Source: Mobula hypostoma (Eukaryota). Taken from it: a DNA stretch of 64,000 nt. The stretch is taken from assembly GCF_963921235.1 (NCBI RefSeq), contig NC_086108.1, positions 85,686,001 through 85,750,000 of the forward strand, written 5' to 3'. Position numbers and translations under genes: made by a program. A model generated the notes under the pieces. The model was not told where the DNA came from. It did no database searches and saw only the letters and a program-made list of their open reading frames with translations. This document shows, one piece after another, positions 23,601 through 36,107 of the stretch (within the stretch, counting starts at the first letter, position 1; each line of letters starts with the position of its first letter).

Positions 23601-24569
23601 CTGTGCTGGCCCCTAGTGTCTTTTTGCTAGAAATACATGCTGAGCATTGGACTAAAACATTGGAACAGAAGTGGACATGGCACCAGTTACTTTTGAGTAT
23701 ATAGTGGAGGCTTGCTGTTACCAATACTGAAAGAGTGAAGATTGAGTGGTAAAGGAATGTGGGAAAATAAGTCTTCAATAAATAGAGAAGTAGATTATAT
23801 TGCTTATGCTGCAAAATAAGTTAGTTGCTTACTTACTTAGTTAATACTCTATAAGGTACTCAGGGTTAATTTAGGGAATAAGAATTACTGAAGGGATTAT
23901 CAACTGATTGAACTGGCACATCAGCCATAAATTTATTCAAATTTGTCTTCATCATATTAAGATTGCTGGCATGGGAGATGGTTGATGAATCAAGCAAGGA
24001 ATGGGATGATTGCGGAAGAAGGGGCTATGTTAACTTGTGGCTGAAAAAAAATTTGCAGTGTTGAGGTCTATTGATGCCTGAATGCCCAAGCAGGAAGTTT
24101 CAATTGCTCGGGCAAGTGCATACCTTCTTAAGATTTACCCTGGCAATAATTTACTCCTCAGCCAAAATCCCGAAAATGTATGATTACTTTGCTCATAAAC
24201 ACGAGATTCTACAAATGCTGGAAATCTTGAGCTCACTTTGTTGATTCTTTTTGATTTATCTGTGTATAAATCCCCACCTTTCATCCGTGGCTGTCAAGAG
24301 ATTTGGCATGTCTTGAAGTTGTGAAAATTGCAAACCTTCCTTTCACTGGATGCCAATCAAAAATGTGGGTGTAAGCTGCTCAAATCTTCCCTTGTGAGAC
24401 AACCGTTTCTACTAAATAGAAATGGTTAATTTTGACATAAGGGTGAAAACTGATGCTGAATGGATGTGATGCAGATGATGACAGCATTTGAAAGTCAACA
24501 TTTAGCATTCAAATTTGCTCCGGATTTGCTGATTTATCATTATTTGAATTCTATGAGATGTGGACATTT

Positions 24570-25160
24570 GAGTGTCACTGCAAAGTCAACCTTTAGGGCC
24601 TATACTTAAAATGCCCTTGGGAAGGAGGTAAAGAGCTGCTTTCTAGAACTGATTGAGTACACAGTGCTGTTGGGAAAGGAAGTCATTGAAGAAGCACTTG
24701 AAGGTGATTTAGTCTGGAACACTGTCTTGAAGAATGTTTGCCTCCAACAACCGTAAGTATCTATTATGATTCAACAACAGGATCGCTTTGCCTCTGATGC
24801 CCATTGACATAATTTTTGATAAATCGTTTAGTTAAATCCTTTCCTGATATAAAGGGTTGTCAGTCTCGCCTCACCTTTGACCATGTTTGGTCCAAGTTTA
24901 TGGCGAGTTCTAGAAGTGAGCAATTGCAGTAAAATCTCAGCTGGGCAGCTGTGAGCAGGTTATTAATGAGCAGATGCTGCTCGAGAGCCTTGTCAGTAAC
25001 AACTCCCATCAGTTTACTGACGTTTGAGAATAGATCAACTGAGCAGTAGTTAATTGAATTGAATTTGTTCAGGTTTTTTTATTTGTGAACAGGACATATC
25101 CGGGTTGTATCACATGCTGTTGGGTAGATGCTAATATTGTAACTGCACTGGAACATGTTG
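24570..25160 (-). mobile_element. Ancient CR1/L2-superfamily LINE fragment
   Basis: Degenerate RT-like blocks, e.g. 'tttgcctctgatgcccatt' and 'tgagcaggttatt..gcagatgctgct'. Confidence 0.35.
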
Positions 25161-25204
25161 GGTAGATGCACAGGTGATTTTTGGGGTGCAGATTTCTAAT
25201 ACCA

Positions 25205-26395
25205 CAGCTGGATGAGCCAGTCCTCAGTGGAGGACCAGAGGTGGAGAGGGTTTTCAACTTTAAATCCCGAGGTGTTTCTATTTCAGAGGACCTGTCCTGG
25301 GCACGGCAATTGCGAAGAGAACATGGCAGCACCTCTACTTCCTTAGGAGTCTGTGCAGATTCAACATGACATCTAAAACTTTGACAAACTTCTGTAGACG
25401 TGTAGTGGGGAGTATATTGACTGGCTTTGAAATTAATCTTTGAACTTCAGCTGTACGTGGCCTGGTATAGAAACAGCAGGTAGAGTGGATCCTACAAAAG
25501 GTAGTGGATTCGGCCCAGTACACCGTGGGTAAAGCCCACCCAACTATTGAGCACATTTACATGAAACACTGTCATAGGAAAGCAGCATCCATCATCAGAG
25601 ATCCCCACCACCCAGGTCATGGTCTCTTCTTGCTTCTCTTCATTAGGTAGAAGGTACAAAAGCCTCAGGACTTGCACCATCAGCTTAGGGAACAGTTACC
25701 ACTCCTCAACCATCAGGCTCTTGAACAAAGGGGATATCTACGCTCACTTGCCCCATCATTGAAAAGTTCCTGCAACCGATGATCTCACTTTAAGGACTCT
25801 TTATCTCATTATCTCATGTTCTAGCTATTAATTTATATTTGCATTTGACAAGTGACATGTGAGGTTTATTGTCATTGTCATTGAACTACATACATGTATA
25901 TAATGTATGTAACATATATAGAAATGAGACAACGAACCAGAGTGTAAAACGCGTAACACACAACAACTTATGAAGGTAAGGATAAAATCTACAGATGACA
26001 AATAACAACCTACATAAATAACATTTCACAGTTTGTTGTCTTCTCCACCCTGGTTGATCTCTCATTGATCCTGTTATAGTTAATATTCTATAGGTTTGCA
26101 CAGGAAAATGAACCTCAGGGTTGTATATGGTGACACGTGTATACTTTGATCAGGCGGCCTCTGGTGTAGTGGCAGCAGCACCAGACTTCAGGCAAATGGT
26201 CGCAGGTTCGAATCCGACCGGCTGCTTGTACGCTTTCCGTTCGTGCTGGGTTAAGCATCAAGCTGGCAAATCGGCCATGTAAAAAAACCAGACAAATGCT
26301 TAGGAAGCGGCAAAAAATGCCACTCAATGTGCCACAAGGTGCGAAAAGGAACAACAATGTACTTGGATAATAAAATTTATTTTGAACTTTGGATG
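25205..26395 (+). mobile_element. Rex1/Babar LINE 3' fragment with two insertions (25850-26020 tail; SINE 26151-26357)
   Basis: VERVFNFK, NFCRRVVGSILTG and IIRDPHHPGH-type motifs. Tail 'gataataaaatttattttgaactttg'. Confidence 0.75.
26151..26357 (+). mobile_element. tRNA-derived SINE with (AAC)n tail
   Basis: A box TGGTGTAGTGG, B box GGTTCGAATCC, tail GGAACAACAA. Imperfect TSD tactttgat / tacttggat. Confidence 0.8.
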
Positions 26396-28799
26396 CTTTA
26401 TCCAAATCTTACCCATGAGATATTTGATGTATTACTGTGATGAAGGTTACAACCCTCCTCATCAAACTCACTGCCAAATCATCACAGAAACTTGACTGGG
26501 CCGGCTGCATAGAGCACAAACTTGACTAATCGGCTGGAAAATGGCCTCTGTGATGCTATAAATCGCATGGGGGAAGCTGAGATATCTGGCTCAACATATT
26601 GGTAAATGTTTTAGCCTTATTTTTCACATGCATATGTTGGACCCGAATGAGATGCTATGGACCTGTATCAATGGGTATCTTGCATCCACCTCCACTGAAA
26701 GCTTTAATTAGCACAGGGTGGCACACTCGAGCAAGTCTCAGAGATCAGGGGAAAGGGTACCAGGTTGTTGAATGTAGCAGAGGAGGTTCAGAAAGAGGAA
26801 AATATCCAGGAGAGAGGGATTCAAGCTCAGCCTCCTTGTCCTCCAGCCCTTTTTTTTCCTCAGCAGCTGGCACTGTTCTGCTTTCCCCCTGTGTCCTACT
26901 CCTATTTTTCGGCTTGTTTTTGGCCTACACCTTGGTGAGTCCAATACCTTGTCTAATAATGGTAGAACAGCTCACCAGTTCTGCTGAACCTTAAAAAGGT
27001 GAAATTGACAGAGACTTCAGCAGTCTAAATGTCCATTGGTGTAGTTGAGGAATTGTTCCAGAAAATCTGTATTTCAGATGTTTACCTTCCAGATCCAGGA
27101 ATGACCAGAAAATTGTAGCAGTCCCTTTAATAACTGATTGTACTTGAGATCATCATCAATGAGACTTCCAATCAGCTCTTAAGTCCAAGGACTGGCCACA
27201 AATGTATCATGTGGTTTCTTTAATGAGGACTATCAGAGACATTTTAAAAAGCAATCAAGCCTCTGGCTGGCTTGTCTTGTACGGACTTTAATAATCGCTT
27301 CAAAATGGAGTTCAGCATTAAATTGGCTTTTGGCATCTTATGTATTTGATGAAAGTCTCCCCACAGACTATAACTATCACAATCCTGATCAACAACCAAG
27401 AATCAACTATACAATTTCTTTAAAAAAAATCACTGAGTCAATGTTTGAAGGATTAAATTTGGCTTGCTGAATTTTGCCAGGAAAAAGAAGGGAGGCTATT
27501 CTCAAGTGAAGGCAGCAAGAGAACATGATGAAGAAGCAGTGTTAATTAGTTAAGAATGCACGGGGAAGAATGGGTTATTATTGCAGTGATAGCATCATGT
27601 CTTGGGGGATTGATGGCACATCCAGTAATATAACATTAATGCAGAAAGAATGGTGCATGGATCATCAGAATGGCCTCACTCATAGCTGTGGCTCGGTAAA
27701 ATGGACTGACTCACCTGTGAAATTGAGACAAGAGACACTGGTAAGGATACTGTATGAATCTCCAAAGTAGAATTGGGGATGGATGGTGCAGTTGAATGGG
27801 GGGTAGTGTGAGGTTTTCCAGTGTGAATGGCAAATTGCACCCATACAAAACCAGCATGAAATAGCATTGTGAGAATCCATTAGAGTAATACCTCTTGTAG
27901 ATACCAAAGAGTGCAAAATGGGAAGCCAAATGGAAACTGATTGTTTCATATGGTTCTCCCGATAGCCATTTTTCTACCAACAATTGTACAAATTAGTTTT
28001 CAGGAAAACTGAACCTAACATTCGGCCAATTTAGTTGAAAGGGAGAAAGGTGCTCAAGATTAAAAAGGGGCGAACTGGGCACCTTCGTCGATCTTGTTAC
28101 AAATTTATTTTCTGATACTTTGGATATCTAGAGTGGAATTAACACTGAGCGTACAAAAAGCTTTTTGAAGTCACAGGAAAATTTTTAAAGTAGCAAGCGA
28201 TGCTTAATAGTGTAACATTAGATGATTTATGAAAGTCAGAGTGTTTTGAACAGACAGTGAAAGTAAAGTGTATCATAATATCTAATTTAATAGCCTGAGT
28301 TACAAGCACATTCCAGACAATGAGGGAAGCTATATCGGCAATATATTCTAAGCATAAAAAATAGGATGATAATAGGCTCATGTTAGATAATGCATGTTTG
28401 GAATCAAACAAGTCTAAGGATTGAAAATGGGAATTTTTAAACCAATTCTTTCCCTGACTTAATGGGGGACAGTGTTGGAATAGTTGAGGGTTACGATGGC
28501 TGGGTGCCAAAAATCAAATTAATGCATCTGCAGATTTCCTCGTTTGCGTTTTTAAATTCAAATTAATTCATGTCTAGATAGGCCACATAATCCTATTTCT
28601 TTCACATTTAAGATACATGAAGTACTTACATGGAGAGTCTAATAAGAGCCCTCCAAAATATCCTCATGAAAAGAAAAGATTAATGATTTTTTTTAAAGAT
28701 TCTTTGTGAGCCTTGAGTGATCACAGACTTGCAAAACCACCCTCAAATCCCCACCCACCTCATTCATTTCCAAAGCCTAAGTGAATTTTTCTGTGAAGT

Positions 28800-29580
28800 T
28801 GGTGTATGGCATCAGAGGTAATTTATTGGGATGGATTGAAATTTGTTTGGAAATTGACTAGCAAAAAGAAATACAGAATAAATGGATAACTTCTATGGTA
28901 ACTGCAGGGAAGAGTACTTGTACCGTAAATCAATGATATGAAGGAGGGAGCAAAATGTAATATTTCGAAACCGGCCATGGATATAAAACTGGGTGAGATT
29001 GTGAATTGCATAGAAGCTGCAGAGGGTGACTTAAAAATATTAGTGGATGGAAACTATGTGGTCGATGCAGTATATCATAGAGAAATGTGAAGTTGCTCAC
29101 CTCGGTAGTAAAAACTGAAAATGACAACATGTTACTTAAATAAAGAATATTTATGATAAGAGGCACCTTGGCAACAAGTGTAGATAGGGAGGTGAAAAAC
29201 AGGTATCATGTGCTTGCCCTCAAGATCAGGACACAAGACATAGACATTGAGGTTACGTGGCACCCTGAGAAAACACTGCTGAAGCTACTTTTAGACAGTT
29301 GAGTGCAGTTCTACTTGCCACCCTCAGGGATAATGTGGTTCCATTTGGGAATTACAGTGAAGATTCATTAGGAGTTGATGATTTGGACTACTTTAGATAT
29401 GGGGAGAGATTGAATATTCTGGGCTTGTTTTCCCTTGTGTGAAGGAGGGTGAGAGATGACCTGATAAAGGCATACTCTGTTATTAGAGCTGTGGATAGGG
29501 TAGATAGATAATGGTAGGTTATAAATACAAAGGGGGATGACAGTAGTTTATAAATACAAAGGGGCATGGTTTATGGTGTA
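28800..29580 (+). mobile_element. Old CR1 RT fragment (resumes at 30910-31130 after the Rex1 insertion)
   Basis: Degenerate CR1 C-terminal blocks. 'ggggcatggttta' on the left joins 'tttaaggggat' on the right. Confidence 0.55.
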
Positions 29581-30909
29581 ATTAATGCCTCTAGTAAACT
29601 ACAGAACCTAGGCTTCTGAACCTCCCTCTACAACTAGACCTTTGACTTTCTAACCAGAAGACCACAATCTGTGCGGATTGGAAACGACATCTCACCTCAC
29701 AGACAGTTAACACCGGCGCTCCGCAAGATGTGTGCTTAGCCCACTATTCTAATCTTTTTACACCCATGGCTGTGTGGCTCGGCATAGCTCAAACAACATC
29801 TGTAAATTTGCTGATGATACAACCACTGTTGGCAGAATTTCAGATGGCGATGAAAGGGCGTACAGGAGTGAGATAAATCAGTTCATGGGTGGTGTAGCAG
29901 CAACAACCTTGCACTCAACCTCAGCAAGACCAAAGAGCAGATTGTGGACTTCAGGAAGGGCAAGACGAAGGAATACAAACCAATTCTCAGAGAGGGATCA
30001 GAATGGAGAGAGTGAGTGTCAATATCTTTGAGGACCTAACCTGGATGCAACATATTGATGCAGCTATAAGGACAGCAAGATAGTGACTATTTTTCTTTCG
30101 GAGTTTGAGGAGATTTTGTTTGTCAATTAAAACACTCAAAAACTTCTACAAATGTACCGTGGAGAGCATTCTGACTGGCTGCGTCAGAGTCTGGTATGGT
30201 GGGGGTGGGGGGAGGCAACTGCACACGATGGAAGTAAGTTGCAGAAACTTGACAATTAGTCACACTCACAACACGCTGGAGGAACTCAGCGGGTCGGGCA
30301 GCATCCGTGGAAAAGATCGGTTGACGTTTCGGGCCGGAACCCTTGTCCTGATGAAGGGTTCCGGCTCGAAACGTCGACTCATCGTTTCCGCAGATGCTGC
30401 CCAACCTGCTGAGTTCCTCTAGCGTGTTGTGAGTGTTGCTTTGACCCCAGCATCTGCAGATTATTTTGTGCTGACAATTAGTCAGTTCTATCATGGCCAG
30501 CCTCTGCAGCATCCAAGGCTTCTTCAAGGAGTGATGCCTTAGGAAGGCAGCATCCATCATTAAGGATCCCCACCACCCAGGATATGCTCTCTTCTCATTG
30601 TTACCATCACGAAGGAGGTACAGAAGGGACACACAGAGCGATTCAGGAACAGCTTCTTCCCCTCTGCCATCCAATTTCTAAATGAACATTGAACCCAGGA
30701 ACACTACATCACTACTACTTTATTTCTGTTATTCTGCATTACTTATTTTAACTTGTCTATTTATTAGCCATATATATATATAGACAATATAACTCTTAGC
30801 TCAGCTTTTTACTCTATATTTATTTATTATGTATTTCGTTGTATTGCGGATGTAAAATTAACAAAATTTCATGACATATGCCGGTGATATTAAAACTGAT
30901 TCTGATTCT
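29581..30909 (+). mobile_element. Rex1/Babar LINE, 5'-truncated
   Basis: ICKFADDTT..GRISDGDERAYRSEI and NFYKCTVESILTGC..WYG. (TCTGAT)n tail at ~30897-30909. Confidence 0.85.
30263..30471 (+). mobile_element. 209-bp fold-back Penelope-pLTR mini-element with hammerhead-like core and 13-bp TSD
   Basis: TGACAATTAGTCA at 30250-30262 and 30472-30484. ~82-bp inverted arms at 30263-30344 and 30354-30435. CTGATGA-A-GGG-TTCCGG-CTC-GAAAC at 30348-30372. Confidence 0.85.
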
Positions 30910-33084
30910 TTTTAAGGGGATTTCAGGGGAAAGTATTTTGTATACAGAGTTTTTGATATACAGACCTTGTTGCCAGGAAAGGTTGTGAAATCAAATGCAA
31001 TCACTAAATTTAAGAGATTGAATGGATGAGGCAATCCCAATAGGTGCAAATAGGATTAATGTAAATGGACAACGGGTTTGGTGTGGACATAATGGGCTGG
31101 AAGACCTGTTTCTATGCTGTACAACTCATTCTGTTTCTTTAAGGAGTGGTGAACCTGTGAAATTCATGTCACAGAAGGCTATAGAGACCAAGCCACTGAA
31201 AATACCTGAGGTAAATTTGGAGGTGCAAGGCATTATGGGATATGGGGGGAATGTTTAGGCATAGGTATTGAAGTAGGTGATCAACCATGATCATATTGGG
31301 AGGTACAGCAGGCTTTATTGGCTGAATGGCTGCCTTCTGTTCATATTTTTGATACATTTCTGTTTTCTTCCTTCAGCTTGACCTCTCTTCATGTACTTGC
31401 AAAGGCAGTTTAAACTGCTCTCCACAATACCCACAAATTCTGTCTCACAGCAGTTTTCAGTCATTGTTTTCACTGTTAGAGACTTTTGGAACCTGGAAAT
31501 CTAGGTTCCTATCTTGATCCTCCCTCCAACTTGGAAACTGCAGGGAGGCTATGTTAGGATTCCATTAACCGAAGTTGGAAGAATAGTGAGTAATATTCAG
31601 TGTTGCCCAATTAACCCAGCTGGCATGTCCCTGCATCCAAATCACAAAAAAAGTCTGCATTTAATCAGGATCATCAAATAGCTGGTTTGCCTGCTTCAAT
31701 AAAGATATTAGAGCAAACTTTCATTCTGCAGTGTGTCTCGTCATAAAGGCCATTATGATTTTCTTCTGTGCCCTACAATTTCATATGTTTTATTGAGAGC
31801 AGAGGAACTAAGAAATGTTGAATTAAAGTGGGTGAATTAGAACAAAATTGGATACTGAGAGAGAGAGAAAGGAAGATTGAATTACTTGAGAAAAAGAAAC
31901 GCAAATGACAAGTAAGAAAAATTGTAAAATCTCAAACAGTAATTAGTGCAAAAATGAGGGTGAATAGTTTAAATTGTTCCCTTTCTGAACTGGAAAGGTT
32001 GATTGCTATTGAAATAAAATTATCATATCATTGAAATGGTACTTCTTTTTCCTTCCTAGTCCATTTCTAACATTCTGTGGTGAGATTACTGGCAAATTAC
32101 TGTGTAGAACGGAGTACAAAAAGGGGCCTAAACTTGGGAAGCTGCTTGTGTAAAGCGAGTCATATTAGTTGATCAGCAGATTTTGAAGATTCACATTTCT
32201 TGGTCTATCTTTTAACCTCCTGCACTTGCTGGTTTGTGAATGGAAAAATTAGTGATGCATTATTAACCCAGCTCTCAGCTCTATCTGTCCAGTAAGGTTT
32301 GGCTAATTATGCATATGCATGAGTCTATCCATGATTTAGCTTCCATGACTTGATTTAGGTGGCGCAGTTTCGATGGGCCAAATGGTCTAATTCTGATCCT
32401 ATATGATGTGGTGAAGCCACAGTGTGGATGATTCTGCTGAACCTCCTCTGGTGGTAAATGTGAATAGTCCTTCAAATCTCCAGATGATTTGAAGTTTAAA
32501 AAAGAGTGTGCAGATTACCTGCATGTAACAAGAGCTAAGACTGTAAAAATACCCTTGCTATAGTACATTTTCATTCAAGAAGGACAGAAGTTCTGGAGGA
32601 AATATGTATTTGAAACTAGCTCTGATCAAATTTCCCCACCACCTCCTCGAGCAATTAGAGATGGATAATAAATGTAGCTTTGCCTGTATTTCCCAGGTCC
32701 CAAAAGCAAATTTATGAAAATGATTGAAATACTTCAGACAATGTTTTTGAGTGGGCTTATGCAAATAGATCAACAGATACCTGCAGCATTGAATAATACC
32801 TTATGAGCAATCTACATCTTAGTGTGAATTTGAGACTGCTTAATTTGTTATTACCTTAATTACATGACAATATTGATAATGATGTTGTAATGTTTTGATT
32901 TCTGCTTTTTGATGAAGTGGTTATTTGCATTTCTCCTCTTTAGATTAGTATTTGAACATAATGGATGGTTGTTCCTTAAAATGTGATATGACATTTTAAC
33001 TTTCAGTTTACCACTATGCTCAATTTTACTCTTCTCAGAAATCAATGGCCATTATAATCAACTTATTGGCTTTCTAAAGGAAAG

Positions 33085-33310
33085 GTGCCAATCATGTGGT
33101 GATGACTCAATGCATAAAAGCATGGAGACATGGTCAAGAGTTTTAGTTGCTCGGACCAAGCATCCGAATGGAGAAGAAATATGATCTAAATGACTTTGAC
33201 CATGAAATCATTGTAGAAGCGGACAGTGTGGTTTGAGCACCAAAAATGCCTGATCTCCTAGGGTTTTCATGCACAATGGTCTCTAGAGCTTACAGAGAAT
33301 GGTGTGGAAG
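33085..33310 (+). mobile_element. Tc1 fragment, same family as 965-1500
   Basis: 'ccaatcatgtgg..actcaatgcat..gaagaaat.tgatctaa.tgactttgaccatg' aligns with 1020-1240. Confidence 0.75.
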
Positions 33311-33639
33311 ACAAACTTGAAATATTATTTGATTGTACATTCTTTGTAAATGTTCTCAAATGGCACATCTTTTCTGTCTGTTAATGAGCAATTCTGTGAT
33401 AGCAATTTGTTACATCCTACAGGAAGTCTTTTCTGCAAATGACTTAGCAGGAATTTCACCATCTTAAAAGTTTGTTTCCCTCTATAAAACTTTTCTTTCT
33501 TGATAGTCTTCTCAGATGGGCTTTACTCAGACATATTGCTGCTGGTACCTTGATCAACACATTACCTCAAATGGAGAGTGAGGTCTATTTCACATTATGT
33601 TCTCTTCTCCAGAAGCATTTTTACTCTTCCTCGTAGATA

Positions 33640-34480
33640 ATAAGACCTTAAGACACAGCTGAATTAGACCATTTGGACTACTGAGTCTGTCCTTCCACTC
33701 AATCACGGTTGATTTATTTTCTCTTCTCAACCTCATTCTCCTGTTTTCTCCCTGTAACCCCTTGAAGCCCTTATTAATAAAAAAAAACATATCAATCTCT
33801 GGTTTAAATATACTTGATGTTTTGACCTCCACAGCTGTTTGTGAGAAATGATTTCCATAGATTCACCACCCTTTGGCTAAGTCTCCATTCTAAAGGGATG
33901 TCCTAGATTCTCTCACTACCGGAACATTTTCTTCATGTCCTTTCTACCTAGGCCTTTCAATTTTCAATAGGCTTCAATGAATTCCCCCATCATCCTTCCA
34001 AGCTCCGTAACTACAGTCCTAAAGTCATCAAATGCTCATGATTATGTTAATGCTTTCATCCCTGGGATAATTCTCATAAATATCCTCTGGTCTCTCCCCA
34101 ATGCCAACACATCCTTTCTTAGATATAGGGCACAAAACTGCCCACAATACTCCAAATATGGTCTAATCGACACCTTATACTTGGCACTGCATCTTTACTT
34201 TTAAATCATTAGCCCTTTCAATGTGAATATTAATATTGCATTTGCTTTCCTTACTATCGACTCAACCTTTAGGAGTTCCTTCACTAGGATTTCCTCCAAT
34301 TTCTGAATTCTCTCCCCATTGAGCATATAGTCTATGCCTTTATATCTTCTACCAAAGTGCATGAGCATACACCTCCCTCTGTTGTTTTAAACCTACCGTT
34401 TTGCCCATTCTCCCAAACTATCAAATTGACTACCTGCTTCCTAGACTACATGCCCCTCCACCTAACTTTGTATCATCAAC
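33640..34480 (-). mobile_element. CR1 3' fragment
   Basis: CR1 3' UTR (ataagacc..agctgaattag.ccatt) and ORF 33590..33832 remnant. Confidence 0.75.
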
Positions 34481-34840
34481 TGATTTATATTATTGGCTAC
34501 ATTACTTGTCATTTCCTCCCCCCCCCACCTTTCTGCCTTTCCCAACCGGGTTGCCTCTGCCCACTGTCCCTCCTTTATCTGGTTCCACATATGACTTCCT
34601 TCTCCCCTTCTCTCACCTGGATCTTTATGGCCATTATCTCCCATCTTGCCTGGTTCCACCTGTCACCCACCAGCCCCTGTCTCACCTTTCCATCCTACCT
34701 CTTTATATTGGTGATCTTTCTTCTATGGTCTCAGTGCTGATTCCAGGCCTTGACTCAAAACATTGACCATCACTTTACTTCCACAGATACTGCTTGACCC
34801 ATTGAGTTCTTCCAGCAGTTTGCATTTAATTTGCTCTAGT
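34480..34840 (+). mobile_element. Degenerate Penelope pLTR
   Basis: Pyrimidine-rich pLTR body followed by 'gctgattccaggccttgactcaaaacattgac..acagatactgcttgacccattgagttcttccagca'. Confidence 0.55.
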
Positions 34841-34929
34841 CTTGTTAATGGAGACTGCTGAGGTATTCTTGGTACATATCTTGCCCTATAGCTGAATAAC
34901 TTGTCACGGTATCAGTGCATTCTGATCAT

Positions 34930-35772
34930 AAACACAAGAGATACTACACATGCTGGAAATCTTGAGCAATGCACAAAATGCTGGAGGAGCACAGCAAGTC
35001 AAGTGAAGGGGAATAAACAGCGATTTTTTTCAATCCTAGACCCTTCATCAGGACTGGAAAAAGAAGGGGGCAGAAGCGAGAATGAGAAAGTGAGGGGGGT
35101 GCCGAAGAGGAAAGAGTACAAGCTGGCAGGTGATAGGCGAAACCAGGTGAGCGGGAAACTCCCAGTGGCTACCCATTTCAATTCAACTTGCAATTCCCAT
35201 TCTGACATATCTATCCATAGCTTCCTACTGCCATGATGAGGCCAAACTCAAACTGGAGGAGCAACACCTCGTATTCTGCCTGCGTAGCCTCCAATCTCAT
35301 GGAATGAACATTGTTTTCCAACTTCCAGTAATTTTCTCTCCACCCTCATTCTCTCTTTTTCTATCTTTCATTTTGGTTACCCTCTCAACCCTTCTCTTCT
35401 CCTCACTTGTCCAACACCTCCCTCTGATTCCCCTCCTCCTTCCCATTCTTCCATGATCCACTATCCTGTCCTTCAGCCCTTTATCTCTTCCACCTATCTC
35501 CTCCTTCCTGCTTATTACATTCTCCTTCTCCATTCACCCACTTTCTCCTCACCTGGTCTTACCTGTCACTTGCCAGCTTGTACTCATTCCCTCTTTCCCC
35601 GACGTAGCTTATTCTGGCTGCTGATCCCTTTCTTTCCAGTCTTGATGAAAGGTCTTGGCTCAAGCTGTCGACTATTTATTCCTTTCCAAAGATGCTGCCT
35701 GACCTGCTGAGTTCCTTTGGCATTTTGTGTGCTTTGCTCAGAATTTCCAGTATCTGCAAAACCTCTTCTGCT
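34930..35772 (+). mobile_element. Penelope-like element 3' end: inverted pLTR + GIY-YIG C-terminus + pLTR
   Basis: LPVATHFN..SHSDISIH (35159) and LEEQHLVFCLRSLQSHGMNI (35253) resemble the PLE endonuclease end. The termini are mutually inverted, with hammerhead-like cores at 35021-35052 (-) and 35641-35672 (+). Confidence 0.85.
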
Positions 35773-36107
35773 TGTTCTCTAACCCAGTGACACATTTGCC
35801 CATAATTTCCTGTTGCACATACTGAATGGATAACTTGTGACAATCTCTAAAAGTGCTGGAGAAACATGTCGCAATAGCTATTGAAAAATATCCATTCTCC
35901 TTAGTGGTCTCTTTTGCTGAACAAAGCTTACAAGTATTTAATATGTCTTCAGTCTGACCAAAGTAGTAGTATTGCCTTCCTTATTTCATATATGGCCATG
36001 GTACTCAGTTCTATGCTCTCTTGCGAGAATTTGATATATTAGTTGTTTCATGAGCTGGACAGCGTCACCCATTACGGCCATTTGCTCTTTGCATGGAATT
36101 GTTGATA

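Noticed and set aside
26151..26225. tRNA gene
   Set aside because: A/B boxes are present, but it continues into a SINE body with an AAC tail and TSD, and a second diverged copy lies at 60524.
29515..29565. Short direct duplications (also 52248-52280)
   Set aside because: Ordinary slippage or repair duplications inside dead CR1 fragments.
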